A DNA stretch of 64,000 nt, from the NCBI GenBank assembly GCA_050949565.1, contig JBMNFY010000017.1, positions 1,696,001 to 1,760,000 of the forward strand. The letters are read 5' to 3'. Source of the DNA: Kiritimatiellia bacterium (GTDB lineage Bacteria > Verrucomicrobiota > Kiritimatiellia > RFP12 > UBA1067). This document shows, piece after piece, positions 1-10,635 of the stretch (position 1 is its first letter; every line of letters begins with the position of its first letter). The position numbers and the translations under genes were made by a program. Under the pieces are notes generated by a model, which was not told the DNA's origin, searched no databases, and saw only the letters and a list, made by a program, of their open reading frames with translations.

Positions 1-1
1 G

Positions 2-286
2 TTGCCGGACGGACGCTGGGTGATGTTTTACATCGGTTATTCCGATATCCATACCGCCCGCATCGGTGCTGCGATTTCACCGGACGGCGTCACTCGCTGG
101 ACACGCCTCAAGACGAACCCAATCGTCTCGCCGACGCCCGACACCTTTGACGCCTCGGCCTGCTACAAGCCGTCCGTCTTCCGCGATGAGAAGGGCGACC
201 GCTGGCTCCTGTGGTACAATGGGCGCAACACGAACAAGGGCGAATACATCGGTTTGGTTATCCACAAGGGGCTTGATCTGGAATGA
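2..286 (+). CDS. beta-propeller glycosidase (GH43/32/130-like), C-terminal part, truncated by window edge
   Basis: WVMFYIG, RIGAAISPDGVTRWTR, NPIVSP, WLLWYNG blade-type motifs. Confidence 0.65.
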   Translation: MPDGRWVMFYIGYSDIHTARIGAAISPDGVTRWTRLKTNPIVSPTPDTFDASACYKPSVFRDEKGDRWLLWYNGRNTNKGEYIGLVIHKGLDLE

Positions 287-1845
287 ATGTTCTCGCTACA
301 TCCGCGACCTGTCTGGTCACGCTGTTGAATAGCTATGTCGCAGAGTTCAACGCGGCCGACGAGGAGCTTTACACCAACACGATTCCCAACTCCGCCGCCG
401 CGGAATTTCTCGCGCAGAGCATACCGCTGTTCGAGTGTCCGGACAAAACGATAGAGCGCACCTACTACTTTCGTTGGTGGACATATCGCAAGCATCTCCG
501 CAAGACGCCGTCTGGCTGGGTGGTGACGGAGTTCTTGCCGGAGGTGGCGTGGGCGGGTAAGTACAACACGATCTCATGCCCGTTCGGCCACCATCTGCGT
601 GAAGGCCGTTGGCTGCGGCAGACGTCGTATCTTGACGACTATATCCGCTTCATGCTCACCGAGGGCACCGTGAACGGCCCGCGCGCCTACGCATCTTGGC
701 CGGCGTGGGGTACGCTCGAACGTGCCAAAGTCACCGGCGACTTCGGCTACGCGACGAATTACCTGCAGAAGTTTGTTGCCAACTACGAGGCGTGGGAGAA
801 GGGATGGACGACGGGCGGCATGAGCCTCCGTGATGTGGCGAAGGGTCTCCGAGGAAGAAAGATTAAGACGGGATTCCGCGCAGATCGCGGACTTTTCGAT
901 TTTACCGGCAATCGCGAAGGCAGCGAGTTTGCGCTTTCCCACGACGGGGCGCGCCCGCTGGTCAATGCGGCGATGTGGGCCGAAGCGACGGCGATTGCCG
1001 AGATTGCAAAACGCTCCGGCGACGCCGGACTCGCCACTCGCTTCACCGAGAAGGCGGCGGCACTCGAAAAGAGTATCAAGGAGAAACTCTGGAACAACGA
1101 CAAGCGATTCTTCACGGTGCTTTCCGTGGAAGGTGAGCATGACGACGTCTGCGAACTCAACGGGTACGCGCCGTTCTATTTTCGGATGCCTCTCGCCGGA
1201 TACGAAGCGGCGTGGAAGCCGCTCGTCGAAGAGACGGGATTCGCCGCCCCGGTGGGGTTGACGTTCCCGGCGCGGAACACACCGGGCTTTGATCTGCGCA
1301 TTGACCTCTCCAAGCATGAGTGCCTGTGGAACGGCCCGAGCTGGCCGTATGCGACATCGCTCGCACTCACCGCGCTGTACCAATCGCTACAGGGTCCCAA
1401 TGCCGCCGCCATGCCGGTCGGGGCTTCCGACTTCGCGAAACTTCTCCGTCAGTACGCCGCCCAACAGAAACTCACGCTGCCCGACGGACGCGTAGTGCCG
1501 TGGATTGACGAAAACCTCGATCCCATCACCGGCGAGTGGATCGCGCGCAAGGTGATGATCGCTTGGGATCGCGAAGGCATCCGTCCGCTCAAATACCGTG
1601 AGCGCGGTAAGGATTACAATCACTCGACATTCTGCGACTTGGTGATCGCCGGGCTTATCGGCGTGCAGCCGAAAGCCAACGGCATGTTCGAGGTGAAGCC
1701 GATGATCCCGGATACTTGGGACTGGTTCCGTCTCGAACATCTCCACTACCACGGCAAGTCTTACACGATCATCTTTGATCGCACCGGTAAACGCTATGGC
1801 GGCGGCGCCGGGCTGAGAGTGGTTGCTGGTCGACAGGTGCTATGA
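283..1845 (+). CDS. six-hairpin glycoside hydrolase (MGH1/GH63-like)
   Basis: TYYFRWWTYRKH, CLWNGPSWPY, GKDYNHSTFCD motifs; ATGA overlap with upstream gene. Confidence 0.75.
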   Translation: MNVLATSATCLVTLLNSYVAEFNAADEELYTNTIPNSAAAEFLAQSIPLFECPDKTIERTYYFRWWTYRKHLRKTPSGWVVTEFLPEVAWAGKYNTISCPFGHHLREGRWLRQTSYLDDYIRFMLTEGTVNGPRAYASWPAWGTLERAKVTGDFGYATNYLQKFVANYEAWEKGWTTGGMSLRDVAKGLRGRKIKTGFRADRGLFDFTGNREGSEFALSHDGARPLVNAAMWAEATAIAEIAKRSGDAGLATRFTEKAAALEKSIKEKLWNNDKRFFTVLSVEGEHDDVCELNGYAPFYFRMPLAGYEAAWKPLVEETGFAAPVGLTFPARNTPGFDLRIDLSKHECLWNGPSWPYATSLALTALYQSLQGPNAAAMPVGASDFAKLLRQYAAQQKLTLPDGRVVPWIDENLDPITGEWIARKVMIAWDREGIRPLKYRERGKDYNHSTFCDLVIAGLIGVQPKANGMFEVKPMIPDTWDWFRLEHLHYHGKSYTIIFDRTGKRYGGGAGLRVVAGRQVL

Positions 1846-1972
1846 CAACATGTTCCTCGCACTAAGGGACAGGTATTTAGACGCATCCATGCTTCTTAGT
1901 TGCCCGGGAAGAGATTTCATGTATGATGGTAGTTCATCGTTGTGAAATCTTGTAACCAGAAAGGTGACTCAT

Positions 1973-2860
1973 ATGCAAACAGCATCCATGAACCTCTCGC
2001 GTCGTGACGCGTTCCGCCTTGCCGGGGCTGCGGCGGCGACGGCTGCGCTGGCGCCGACGGCAGCACGCGCGCAAGAACAGACGCCGAAACTTAAAGGGCG
2101 TATCCGTCAGTCGGTCACATGCTGGCCGCTACGCAAGATCCCGCCGGCGGACCTTTGCCGTCAGATCAAAGAGATGGGGATGGTCGGTCTGGATCTGGTG
2201 GGCGACCGCAACCTCTGGCCGGTCCTCAAAGAGCACGGGCTGGTAGCCACGATGGTGCCCGGCGCGGGCGGCATCAAGGACGGTATCAACAACACCGCCA
2301 GACATCCGGAGTTCCTCAAGCATTTCCGCGAGAATATCGCCGCAGCCGCTAAGTTCGGCTGGAAGCGCGTCATCACACTGGCCGGCGACCGCAAGGGCAT
2401 CAGCGATGCCGACGGCATGGCCGCCTGCGTGCCGATCTTGAAGGAGGCGGTCAAGATCGCGGCCGACCATGACGTGACCATCTGCATGGAGCTGCTCAAC
2501 AGCAAGGTGGACCATCCCGGCTACATGTGCGACCGGACGGCGTGGGGCGTGGAACTCTGCAAGCGCGTGGAGTCGCCGCGCTTTAAGCTGCTCTATGACA
2601 TCTACCACATGCAGATCATGGAGGGCGATATCATCCGCACGATCCGCGAGAACATCGAGTACATCGGGCACTTCCATACCGCCGGCAATCCCGGACGTAA
2701 GGACCTCGACGAAGATCAGGAGTTGTACTATCCCGCGATCATGCGCACCATCGCGCAGTTGCAGGAGGAAGGCAAGTTCGACGGTTACGTGGCGCATGAG
2801 TTCACGCCGAAAAACGGTATGGAGTCGCTGCGCAAAGCGGTTCAGATCTGCGACGTGTAG
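1973..2860 (+). CDS. Tat-exported hydroxypyruvate isomerase / xylose-isomerase-like TIM barrel protein
   Basis: SRRDAF Tat motif; ELLNSKVDHPGY, LYDIYHMQIMEGD, HFHTAGNPGR. Confidence 0.85.
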   Translation: MQTASMNLSRRDAFRLAGAAAATAALAPTAARAQEQTPKLKGRIRQSVTCWPLRKIPPADLCRQIKEMGMVGLDLVGDRNLWPVLKEHGLVATMVPGAGGIKDGINNTARHPEFLKHFRENIAAAAKFGWKRVITLAGDRKGISDADGMAACVPILKEAVKIAADHDVTICMELLNSKVDHPGYMCDRTAWGVELCKRVESPRFKLLYDIYHMQIMEGDIIRTIRENIEYIGHFHTAGNPGRKDLDEDQELYYPAIMRTIAQLQEEGKFDGYVAHEFTPKNGMESLRKAVQICDV

Positions 2861-2872
2861 ACTGCTCCCGCA

Positions 2873-4168
2873 GTGAGGCCGCGAATGCGCATTCTGTACA
2901 TTCTGCCGGGATCGGGCGGGTCGTTTTACTGCCAGAACTGTCTGCGTGATATGGCGCTGGCGGATGCGCTGCGCCAGCGCGGCCACACTGTTATCTCAAT
3001 GCCGCTCTATCTGCCGGCGACGGCGCAGGCCGCAGCACCGGATGCCGTGCCGGTCTTTTATGGCGCGGTCTCGCTGTATCTGCGTCACCGCTTTGCCGTA
3101 TTGCGCCGTCTGCCGCGTGCGTGGTTCGCGCCCTTGGATGCGTGGCCGGTGTTGCGCCTCGCGGCGCGTTTTTCAGAATCGACATCGGCGGCGGGGCTCG
3201 AAGACCTGACGCTCTCGATGCTGAGTGGCGAGGAGGGGCGACAGGCCGAAGAGCTGCAGCGCGTGGCCGAGTGGATCACCGCGTTGCCGTCACATGAAAA
3301 GCCCGAGTTGATCGTGCTCTCCAATGCGCTGCTGATTGGACTGGCGCGGACTCTCAAACAGGCCGCCCGTTGTCCGTTGGTCTGCTGGCTTCAGGATGAG
3401 CATGTCTGGCTCGACGCGATGGACGCCGCGCTGCGGAGCGCTGCGTTGCGCGTGATGGCGGCGCGTGCCGATGCCGTCGACCGCTTCGTCGCGGTCAGCG
3501 CCTCTTACGCCGACCGTATGGCGGAGTGGCTGGCGCTTGACCGCAGCCGCTTCCGCGTGGTCTATCCGGGGCTTGATCCATCGTTCTACCGGCAGGCCGA
3601 TCCTACCCGACAGCCTCCCGTGATCGGTTTCTTGTCGCGGTTGTCCGCCGAAGAAGGCTTCGATCGTTTTGTGGACGCCTTTCTGCTACTCCGCCGCGAT
3701 TCGCGTTTTTCGGATGTGCGGCTCGCCGCGACCGGCGGTCCTTCAGCGGATCGCCGCTTCCTGAAACGGCAGCGCCGCAAGCTGGCCGCAGTAGGCGCGC
3801 TGGCCGATGCCGAAATCACGCCGGACCGTTTCGCGCACGACCGCGTGGGATTTCTCGCCGGGCTGAGTGTGCTCTCGGTTCCCGGTGGCTCTGCGCCCGA
3901 AGCGCTCGGCTACTATGCGCTGGAGGCGATGGCGGCCGGCGTGCCGCTGGTGCTGCCGGCGCACGGTGCGTTTCCCGAGTTGGCCGACCTAGCACGGTGC
4001 GGCGTACTGACGCCCGACGCACAGCCGGAAACCCTGGCCCGCGCATGGGCTGAGCTACTGGCTGATCCGGAACGCCTGCGCCGGGAATCCGAACGCGGTC
4101 TGGCTGCGGCGCGGACGCATTTTTCACACGACGCATGCGCGGCCGCGTTTGAACGCACTGTCGTGTGA
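2873..4168 (+). CDS. glycosyltransferase family 4
   Basis: MRILYILPG start, GFLSRL, EALGYYALEAMAAGVP. Confidence 0.85.
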   Translation: MRPRMRILYILPGSGGSFYCQNCLRDMALADALRQRGHTVISMPLYLPATAQAAAPDAVPVFYGAVSLYLRHRFAVLRRLPRAWFAPLDAWPVLRLAARFSESTSAAGLEDLTLSMLSGEEGRQAEELQRVAEWITALPSHEKPELIVLSNALLIGLARTLKQAARCPLVCWLQDEHVWLDAMDAALRSAALRVMAARADAVDRFVAVSASYADRMAEWLALDRSRFRVVYPGLDPSFYRQADPTRQPPVIGFLSRLSAEEGFDRFVDAFLLLRRDSRFSDVRLAATGGPSADRRFLKRQRRKLAAVGALADAEITPDRFAHDRVGFLAGLSVLSVPGGSAPEALGYYALEAMAAGVPLVLPAHGAFPELADLARCGVLTPDAQPETLARAWAELLADPERLRRESERGLAAARTHFSHDACAAAFERTVV

Positions 4169-4218
4169 CCGTATAGCTTGATACGCACAGCACCCCATTT
4201 CCAGCGGGATAACAGCGA

Positions 4219-5187
4219 CTAATACGAAACCTGATACCAAGCGAGCACACGCATGAAATCATCAGGCGGTGGTGCGTGGAAATCGAGCGCGACACCGCTG
4301 ATGGGATGCGCGAAGGCCAGATGCGCCGCATGTAGCATCTGCCGCTGCGGCGGCTGCGGCAGACGCCGGTCGGCCGCTGACCGGCCGTACAACGCATCGC
4401 CGACCAGCGGACACCCCAACGCCTGCATGTGGACGCGGATCTGATGGGTGCGACCGGTCTCGATGCGGCAGCACACCCAAGAGATGTCCTGCCCCAAACG
4501 TTGCTTCAGCGTGTAGTGGGTGACCGCTCGCCGCCCATTGGTACGTACCACAGCCATGCGTTTGCGGTGTACCGGATGCCGACCGATCAGCCCGCTCACG
4601 GTCCCCGAATCGTGCGGCGGCGCGCCGTGTACCAGCGCATCGTACTCCTTGATGATCTCCCCACGTTGAAACAATCGCACCATGCCCGCCATCGCTGTAT
4701 CGTTCTTCGCGACCACCAACAGGCCGGATGTTTCCTTGTCTAGCCGATGGACAATGCCCGGGCGTTCCACGCCGCCGATGCCGCCTAGGTCGCGGCAGTG
4801 GTGCAGCAGGGCGTTGACCAACGTGCCGTCGGCATGTCCCGGCGCGGGATGCACCACCATCCCGGCTGGTTTGTTGAGCAGCAGCAGGTCGCGGTCTTCG
4901 TAAAGAATGTCGAGCGGGATCGCCTGCGGTTGCGGGATCGCTGGCTGCGGCGGGGGCACATCGATCTCAAACACCTGTCCCGCTTTGATCGACGCGTTGG
5001 CCTTGACCGTTTCCCCTGCGCACGTCACCCGGCCCTCTTTGATCAGTGCCTGGATGCGTGCGCGTGACAACTCGGAGGTCTGCGCGGCGAGCCAAGCGTC
5101 GAGCCGACCGGTCGCGCCCTCCGGCACCGTGAAAACCAAGACGGTGTCGTCCTCGTCCTCTATGTTTTCAAAAAGCTCTTCTTGCAT
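4219..5187 (-). CDS. rluD: RluA/RluD-family 23S rRNA pseudouridine synthase
   Basis: S4 domain, NKPAGMVVHP, VHRLDKETSG, GRTHQIRVH. Confidence 0.92.
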   Translation of the reverse strand: MQEELFENIEDEDDTVLVFTVPEGATGRLDAWLAAQTSELSRARIQALIKEGRVTCAGETVKANASIKAGQVFEIDVPPPQPAIPQPQAIPLDILYEDRDLLLLNKPAGMVVHPAPGHADGTLVNALLHHCRDLGGIGGVERPGIVHRLDKETSGLLVVAKNDTAMAGMVRLFQRGEIIKEYDALVHGAPPHDSGTVSGLIGRHPVHRKRMAVVRTNGRRAVTHYTLKQRLGQDISWVCCRIETGRTHQIRVHMQALGCPLVGDALYGRSAADRRLPQPPQRQMLHAAHLAFAHPISGVALDFHAPPPDDFMRVLAWYQVSY

Positions 5188-5196
5188 GAAACCTCG

Positions 5197-6363
5197 CTAG
5201 GGTTCCGGACGGAACGTCAGCAGGAAGCCGCCGTCCTGCGCCAAATCCAGCGCGACGCGCACATCCGGTGCCTGCTCCGTGAACGTCTCTTCGACGACCT
5301 CACCCTCTTCACCGACAATCGGGTCGCGCAGGATTTGAACCGTGTACCGCAGTGCCCGCAATTCGACCGGCGTGCGCAGCCAAAGGTCTTCAAAGCGTAC
5401 CGTCAGCGTTTTTGACGCAGCGGTGATGCCGGCCACGCGCCACACCTTGCCCTGTCGGCGCGCCCCGACCGCGAACTCGCCCGGTTCACCGCGTATCAGC
5501 CAAAATGCGTCGCAGGGCGTGTTGCGATCGATCAGCATCATAAACGCCGCGCGGTAGGCGGGCGTGAGTGTCGCGCCGAAAGTCGGCTCCGGCAATGCGG
5601 CTTCGGTGAACGGCACCGTAAAGAACAGATGCTCGCAGCCTTGCTTACCGTCTGCGACCTCCAGTTCCGCGATATGCTCCAGGGCCGGGAAGCGGCTCTC
5701 CGCCAGATCGCCCGGACGGTCAAAGGAGGCCGTGCGCCGCTCCGATCCCTGCATCCAGCACGCGACCACCTTGCCGTCTGCTGTGAACCGCACTTGCGGT
5801 CGCTCCGGCACAATCTCCGCCAGCGCGGCGTGGAGCGACGGGTAGACGGGAATGTGATGCTCATCGCAGAAGGCGCGGGTCTGCTCGTTGAAGAGCGTCT
5901 CATTGTGGATCAGCACAGCGGCGATCCCGGCATTCACACCGGCTTCAAGATCGCTCAGCCGGTCGCCGATCATCCAGCACTGCGCGGGGTCCAGTCCGTC
6001 GGCAGCGATGCGTTCGAGGATGAACGCGGGCGAGGGTTTGCGGTAGACGGCAGGCTGTTCCGGCGTTTCCGGCGCGATGCACACCGCCATGAATCCCGGC
6101 TCGGGCAACGCCAGCAGTTCCATCATGCGCGCGTTGACCGCCTGCGCCTGCTCCAACGTATAGTAGCCGCGTCCGATCCCGCTTTGGTTGGTGAAGAGGT
6201 AGAGGTGATGGCTGGCGCAAACGCGTTGCAGCGCTTCCTTTGCGCCGTCCAGCAGCTCGACACCGTCCGGATCGCTCAGATAGCCCATATCGCGGATGAT
6301 GGTACCGTCGCGATCTAGGAAAAGCGCGGATCGGGTTTTGGCAGAGTGTGCGGCTTGCGGCAT
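5197..6363 (-). CDS. gmhB: GmhB-like HAD-IIIA heptose bisphosphate phosphatase fused to a GH97 C-terminal-like domain
   Basis: FLDRDGT, TNQSGIGRGY, RKPSP, MIGDRLSD; C-terminal GEPGEFAVGARRQG...GGF. Confidence 0.75.
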   Translation of the reverse strand: MPQAAHSAKTRSALFLDRDGTIIRDMGYLSDPDGVELLDGAKEALQRVCASHHLYLFTNQSGIGRGYYTLEQAQAVNARMMELLALPEPGFMAVCIAPETPEQPAVYRKPSPAFILERIAADGLDPAQCWMIGDRLSDLEAGVNAGIAAVLIHNETLFNEQTRAFCDEHHIPVYPSLHAALAEIVPERPQVRFTADGKVVACWMQGSERRTASFDRPGDLAESRFPALEHIAELEVADGKQGCEHLFFTVPFTEAALPEPTFGATLTPAYRAAFMMLIDRNTPCDAFWLIRGEPGEFAVGARRQGKVWRVAGITAASKTLTVRFEDLWLRTPVELRALRYTVQILRDPIVGEEGEVVEETFTEQAPDVRVALDLAQDGGFLLTFRPEP

Positions 6364-6371
6364 GGACGGGT

Positions 6372-7346
6372 TCAGGTTCCTTGGGTTCGGGCGGCGTGGG
6401 CCAGAATTTCATCCGGTGTGGCGGTGGCGGTGCCGAGTTTGCCGACCACCACGCCGGCGGCGAGATTGGCCAGTGTTGCGGCGCGCTCAATGTCCGCGCC
6501 GGTGGCCAGCGCGGCGGTCAGCGTAGCGATCACGGTATCGCCTGCGCCCGAAACGTCAAAGACCTCGCGCGCGGTCGTGGCGAGATGGCGGCCGGGACGG
6601 CCGCCGGTGCTGAGCAGCATGCCGTCGGCACCCAGAGTCACCACCAGATGCTCCGGCGCGAACCGCTCATGGAGGCGCGCGGTCACTTCGGCTTCCGGGA
6701 ACGCCCTGCTTTCTGTGCCCTGCATGCCAGCAAGCTGGAGGGCCTCGCTGCGGTTGGGCGTCATCAACGACACGCGCGCGAAATGCAGGTCCGGTCGCGG
6801 TTTGGGATCGATCGCCACGATCTGTCCGGGGCGCGCCATCTCTTGCACGCGACGGACCAACTCGCTGGTGACGACTCCTTTGGCGTAGTCCGAAAGAATC
6901 ACGGCATCTGCCGCCGCGATCCGGTCGCGCAACGTCTCGAATGCCGCCTCTGGCATGGCGTAGGCCTCCGGCCGCTCCTCGCGGTCGATGCGGCACAACT
7001 GCTGGTTGCGGCACATGACGCGGGTCTTGACGATCGTGGCGACATGCCCGCTACGGCAGGCCGCGTCGCAGCCTACGCCGCGTTCGGCTAGATTTGCCTG
7101 GAGCATCCGCCCGTTCGCATCGGTGCCGAAGACACCGGCGACCTCCACCGCGACACCCAACGCGCGCAGGTTGGCCGCCACGTTCGCGGCGCCGCCTGCC
7201 GTGTAGGCGTCATGACCGACCTTGACGATCGGCACCGGTGCTTCCGGCGAGAGGCGCACGGCATCGCCCCACACGTAGTGATCGAGCATCAGGTCGCCCA
7301 CCACCAACACATGCAGGCGGGGAATTGCATCTAAAAGCTGTTGCAT
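6372..7346 (-). CDS. rfaE1: D-glycero-beta-D-manno-heptose-7-phosphate kinase (HldE kinase domain, PfkB family)
   Basis: GDLMLDHY, RLSPEAPVP, SDYAKG, DVSGAGDT; start trimmed to MQQLL. Confidence 0.9.
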   Translation of the reverse strand: MQQLLDAIPRLHVLVVGDLMLDHYVWGDAVRLSPEAPVPIVKVGHDAYTAGGAANVAANLRALGVAVEVAGVFGTDANGRMLQANLAERGVGCDAACRSGHVATIVKTRVMCRNQQLCRIDREERPEAYAMPEAAFETLRDRIAAADAVILSDYAKGVVTSELVRRVQEMARPGQIVAIDPKPRPDLHFARVSLMTPNRSEALQLAGMQGTESRAFPEAEVTARLHERFAPEHLVVTLGADGMLLSTGGRPGRHLATTAREVFDVSGAGDTVIATLTAALATGADIERAATLANLAAGVVVGKLGTATATPDEILAHAARTQGT

Positions 7347-7478
7347 ACGGATAGTGTCGAAAACCCCCGCGCCGGTGTCAAGTCGCAAGGTCAAACCACA
7401 AACCAAACCACAAACCACAAAACCGATTGCGTGTTCAGAACGATTGTCCTACAATCCCCCGCATTCACCGATTGGACT

Positions 7479-7555
7479 CGGGGCGTTGCACAGCCTGGTA
7501 GTGCGCCAGCTTTGGGAGCTGGATGTCGGGGGTTCGAATCCCTCCGCCCCGACCA
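7479..7555 (+). tRNA. tRNA-Pro(TGG)
   Basis: CGGGGCG/CGCCCCG acceptor stem, anticodon loop TTTGGGA, GGTTCGAATCC T-loop, CCA. Confidence 0.97.
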
Positions 7556-8167
7556 TTTTTCAAGCCGTTTCCGGCTCTTATATGTCAAAAAACCCCAATA
7601 AAAACGGGGGTTTCAGCGTTTCCGGCTTGTCCGCTCCCTTTTTCTGCAACATTCTGAAACACGCTGATTTACAAGGGGCAATTACACAAACAAACACACA
7701 AACAAACACAAACGCCGGAAGTCAATAATATGCACGCCCGCTTGGGTTTTGACGTTGTAAGCCGGGAGCCATTCCCCCTATAACGCGGGACAGAAAAGCC
7801 CGAATAAAACCCAAAACGCCCAAATACGGGAGGTGTCGCCGTGACAAGGGACAAAAAACCGCCATCATTTGTTTAGGTCGGTCGGCTCGTGATGGATTAA
7901 AGAACGGGATCGAATCCCGGACAAGGGCCGCGCCAATCCGGCGTGACTCGCTTCCCGATACCGGCCCTGCATCCGTGCTTGCCGCCGGTGGGTTGCCAGT
8001 TCCAACAGTCCCGACACCGCCCCGCCCCGGTCGGCCCGGTCGGCCCGAGTTCGGCCTAGCACGCCGTTTCTGAACCGCAAAATCTCGCGCCTGTTGCGTC
8101 CGCGCCGATAGCCTAGGGGAATGTACCGCCCAAGCCCTAAAACGCGCCAGATGCGATTCTGACGCGA

Positions 8168-8491
8168 TTAGCGGCCAAGCCGCCGTTTTATGTCGGCGAC
8201 CAGGCCGGCCATCGCCAAACGGAGCCTGCCGCCCGGCCCCCAGGCCTCGGCCTCTTCGAGAAAAAATCTCGCAAGCTGCCGGTGCCCGGCCCGCCGTATC
8301 GCCTCGAGTGCCGTCCGTTCGCCGTCGTTAGCGGCCTCGGACATTAGCCCGGCAAGCCTTGCGTCAAAAGTCACGCGCCGCATAGAAGCGAACCGCCTCG
8401 CCGCCGCAATGCAACTTGCCGCCTCGGCTTCAGGGTCTAGGGCTTCGAGGTTTGCCAGTGTTGTTTGAAGGGTTTCGGTGTCGTTTTTCAT
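8168..8491 (-). CDS. hypothetical protein (element)
   Basis: ATG with AAAGG-type RBS, helical composition, same strand as other element genes. Confidence 0.55.
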   Translation of the reverse strand: MKNDTETLQTTLANLEALDPEAEAASCIAAARRFASMRRVTFDARLAGLMSEAANDGERTALEAIRRAGHRQLARFFLEEAEAWGPGGRLRLAMAGLVADIKRRLGR

Positions 8492-8726
8492 GGTGTCGCC
8501 TTTGTGGTGGGGGGCGCGTTCGGTTACTCACTTTTTATGCGTTACTCCGCCCTCCGGGGTCTCGTCGTAAACAGTGTTGGAAAGGACCCACAGGGGGGGG
8601 TGGGTGCCTGAAAAAAGGCCCGGTGCGGTTTTTTAGGGGCCGGGCACGCTCCCTGAAAGGTGTCGGCAACCGCTGCCGCTGACGTTCAGTCCGCCAACGG
8701 GTCGGGCATCGAAAGGCCGTGCGCCT

Positions 8727-8939
8727 TCAACAATGCCGCCACGTCTGCTTTCGCGCAGGCAAACCGACCCGCTCCCAACCCGGGTCGCGGGTGATCATCA
8801 GCCTCGCCCGTTCGCGGTCTTTATGCGTTGGAAACCGCTTAAAACCGGCCAGTGCGCAGGCATATGCAAACACCAGCCTGTCCAGAAGGTCGGTCGTGCT
8901 TGGGTCAACGATGATCGGTTCCAGTTGATTCGTAGACAT
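8727..8939 (-). CDS. hypothetical protein (element)
   Basis: AGGAGG RBS before the ATG. Confidence 0.55.
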   Translation of the reverse strand: MSTNQLEPIIVDPSTTDLLDRLVFAYACALAGFKRFPTHKDRERARLMITRDPGWERVGLPARKQTWRHC

Positions 8940-9277
8940 GATTTCCTCCTTCTTAGGGTTTTTTTAACGCGGCGGACAACGGGCGGCGTGAAGCCGTGTT
9001 GCCGCAGCAGCGCCGCGCACTCGGATTCGGTCGGCGCGAAGAGTTTTGCGCACGCCGGATCGTTGACGATTTGCTGCCGCGCCGCAGCCACCTCGCCCGG
9101 CTTAGGATACCCGCCGCCGTGATGCGCGCGGTACTTCAGGAACGCGTGCGCAACGGCCAGCTTTTCGACAAGCGTGTCGCGCTCGCATTGTGTCTTGATG
9201 TGCCATGTTTTCCTTCACTTTCTGCCGGGTCGCCCGGCGTTGTTCTCCAGCGCACCATGCGCTGGAAGCTGTTCAAA

Positions 9278-10099
9278 TCAAAATTCCCTGCAATGCTCGC
9301 AGCTTTTCGGTTCCGTCCGCACAAACTTTGAGCACCATCTTTTTTCGGAGTCCCAGTGGCGGCACCGACGGGCGCAATCCTGCCAGATAGGGCGTTCAGG
9401 CTTCACCGCTGCAGGTGCCGCCGACGGTATGGGTGCCACTCGCTCGCGTCTCGCCCAAGTTGCGATTCGCCGCGGCAACTCGAAAAACTTTTCACTTTGG
9501 AACCGGCAACGGCCTTTCGGGTCGCGCTCCAACCAATAATCGCAAAACGCCTCAAGTTGCGGCGCAGTCAGCCGATCAGCATTTGCTGCCTGTGCCCTTT
9601 CGGAAAAATTCTCTGGCGTGAGTTTGCCAGCGGCGTCTGCCGCTCTCTCTCTTGTTCCTTTGTTCTCTTCGTAAGAAGAGTTGTTATATGTCTCGGCACT
9701 CAGCGGCGGATTACAAGCCACAAGGGTTGTGTCTTTAGAGCCTAACCCTCGTGGCTTGTCGCCACAAGGGGGCGTACTCGCTTTCACGCGATAAAGGCTC
9801 GGCTCCCTGCCCATTTTGCCAAGGACGCGCCGCTCTTCAATTTCCAAAAGATTCATGCCCGCCAGCGAGTGCAGTGCCCTCAGCGTCGCTTTGTAACCTA
9901 GACCAGCCAGCCGTGCAACCATTCCGACCGGCGCAATCAAATCACACGTTTGATGCAAGTTGCATAGACTGATGACAGCCGCCCACACCGTGAAAAGTGT
10001 TGTGCCGTCGCGTTCACCGGACGATGTAAGGATCGTCTCCATGTCCCGCCGCCCAATCGGGAACCAGCCGCCCGCGCCTGCTGCCGCCGCGCCGTTCAT
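9278..10099 (-). CDS. phage/satellite replication-initiator (replisome organiser)-like protein
   Basis: N-terminal wHTH-like region; FCDYWLE...RFQSEKFFELPRRIATW C-terminal motif; ATGA-coupled. Confidence 0.55.
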   Translation of the reverse strand: MNGAAAAGAGGWFPIGRRDMETILTSSGERDGTTLFTVWAAVISLCNLHQTCDLIAPVGMVARLAGLGYKATLRALHSLAGMNLLEIEERRVLGKMGREPSLYRVKASTPPCGDKPRGLGSKDTTLVACNPPLSAETYNNSSYEENKGTRERAADAAGKLTPENFSERAQAANADRLTAPQLEAFCDYWLERDPKGRCRFQSEKFFELPRRIATWARRERVAPIPSAAPAAVKPERPIWQDCARRCRHWDSEKRWCSKFVRTEPKSCEHCREF

Positions 10100-10353
10100 T
10101 CAGCGCCCCCTTCCTTTGCGCCGCGTCCCATGACTTCGGCAATCAGCCGCTCGGCTTGCCGCAAACGCCATTTTTCAGCCGCCGCAGCGGCGCGGGCGCG
10201 TTCCCGCGTGCCGCACGCGTGGCAGATGTCCGGCGCATGATCGAACACGCGAAGGACACGCCCGCACGACCGGCATCTCGGAAGTTTCCGGCATGCCGCG
10301 TTCGACAAGTGTTGGCAATGGCAGACTTTCGCAGGGAGGGTAATTGTTCTCAT
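10096..10353 (-). CDS. small Cys/His-rich (zinc-finger-like) protein
   Basis: MRTITLPAKVCHCQH...CRSC...CHAC; GAGG RBS; ATGA overlap with the xis stop. Confidence 0.5.
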   Translation of the reverse strand: MRTITLPAKVCHCQHLSNAACRKLPRCRSCGRVLRVFDHAPDICHACGTRERARAAAAAEKWRLRQAERLIAEVMGRGAKEGGAE

Positions 10354-10635
10354 TGCGCCACCTCGCCTTTCACAAACGCCGTGATCGCTTCGGACGGGAT
10401 GCGCCGTGAGCCTTTCCGCAACTCGATAAACGGCAACCTGCCGTCGCGCAACAACCGCCAGATTGTCGTTCTTGAAACGCCCAGGGCGTCCGCCGCTTGC
10501 TGTATTGATAGACAGCCGCCTGTCGCCGGGGTCGGTCGCGCCCTCGGTCGGTTCGCCGGTTAACACGCGGTCAACGCGCCGCAGCGTGTCGGGGGTTGCC
10601 GCAAGCAGCAGGGTCATTCGTTGTTCTGTAGTCAT
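10350..10635 (-). pseudogene. excisionase-like HTH protein with a frameshift near 10512
   Basis: after DRRL the alternate frame reads SIQQAADALGVSRTTIWRLLRDGRLPFIELRKGSRRIPSEAITAFVKGEVAQ*. Confidence 0.8.

Noticed and set aside
7391-7422. (AAACCAC)n upstream of tRNA-Pro as an integrase arm site
   Set aside because: It lies outside the att-bounded element; more likely another solo short repeat, function unsupported.
10096-10635. 179-aa ORF as a single gene
   Set aside because: Artefactual fusion of the xis N-terminus with a separate Zn-finger gene caused by a frameshift.
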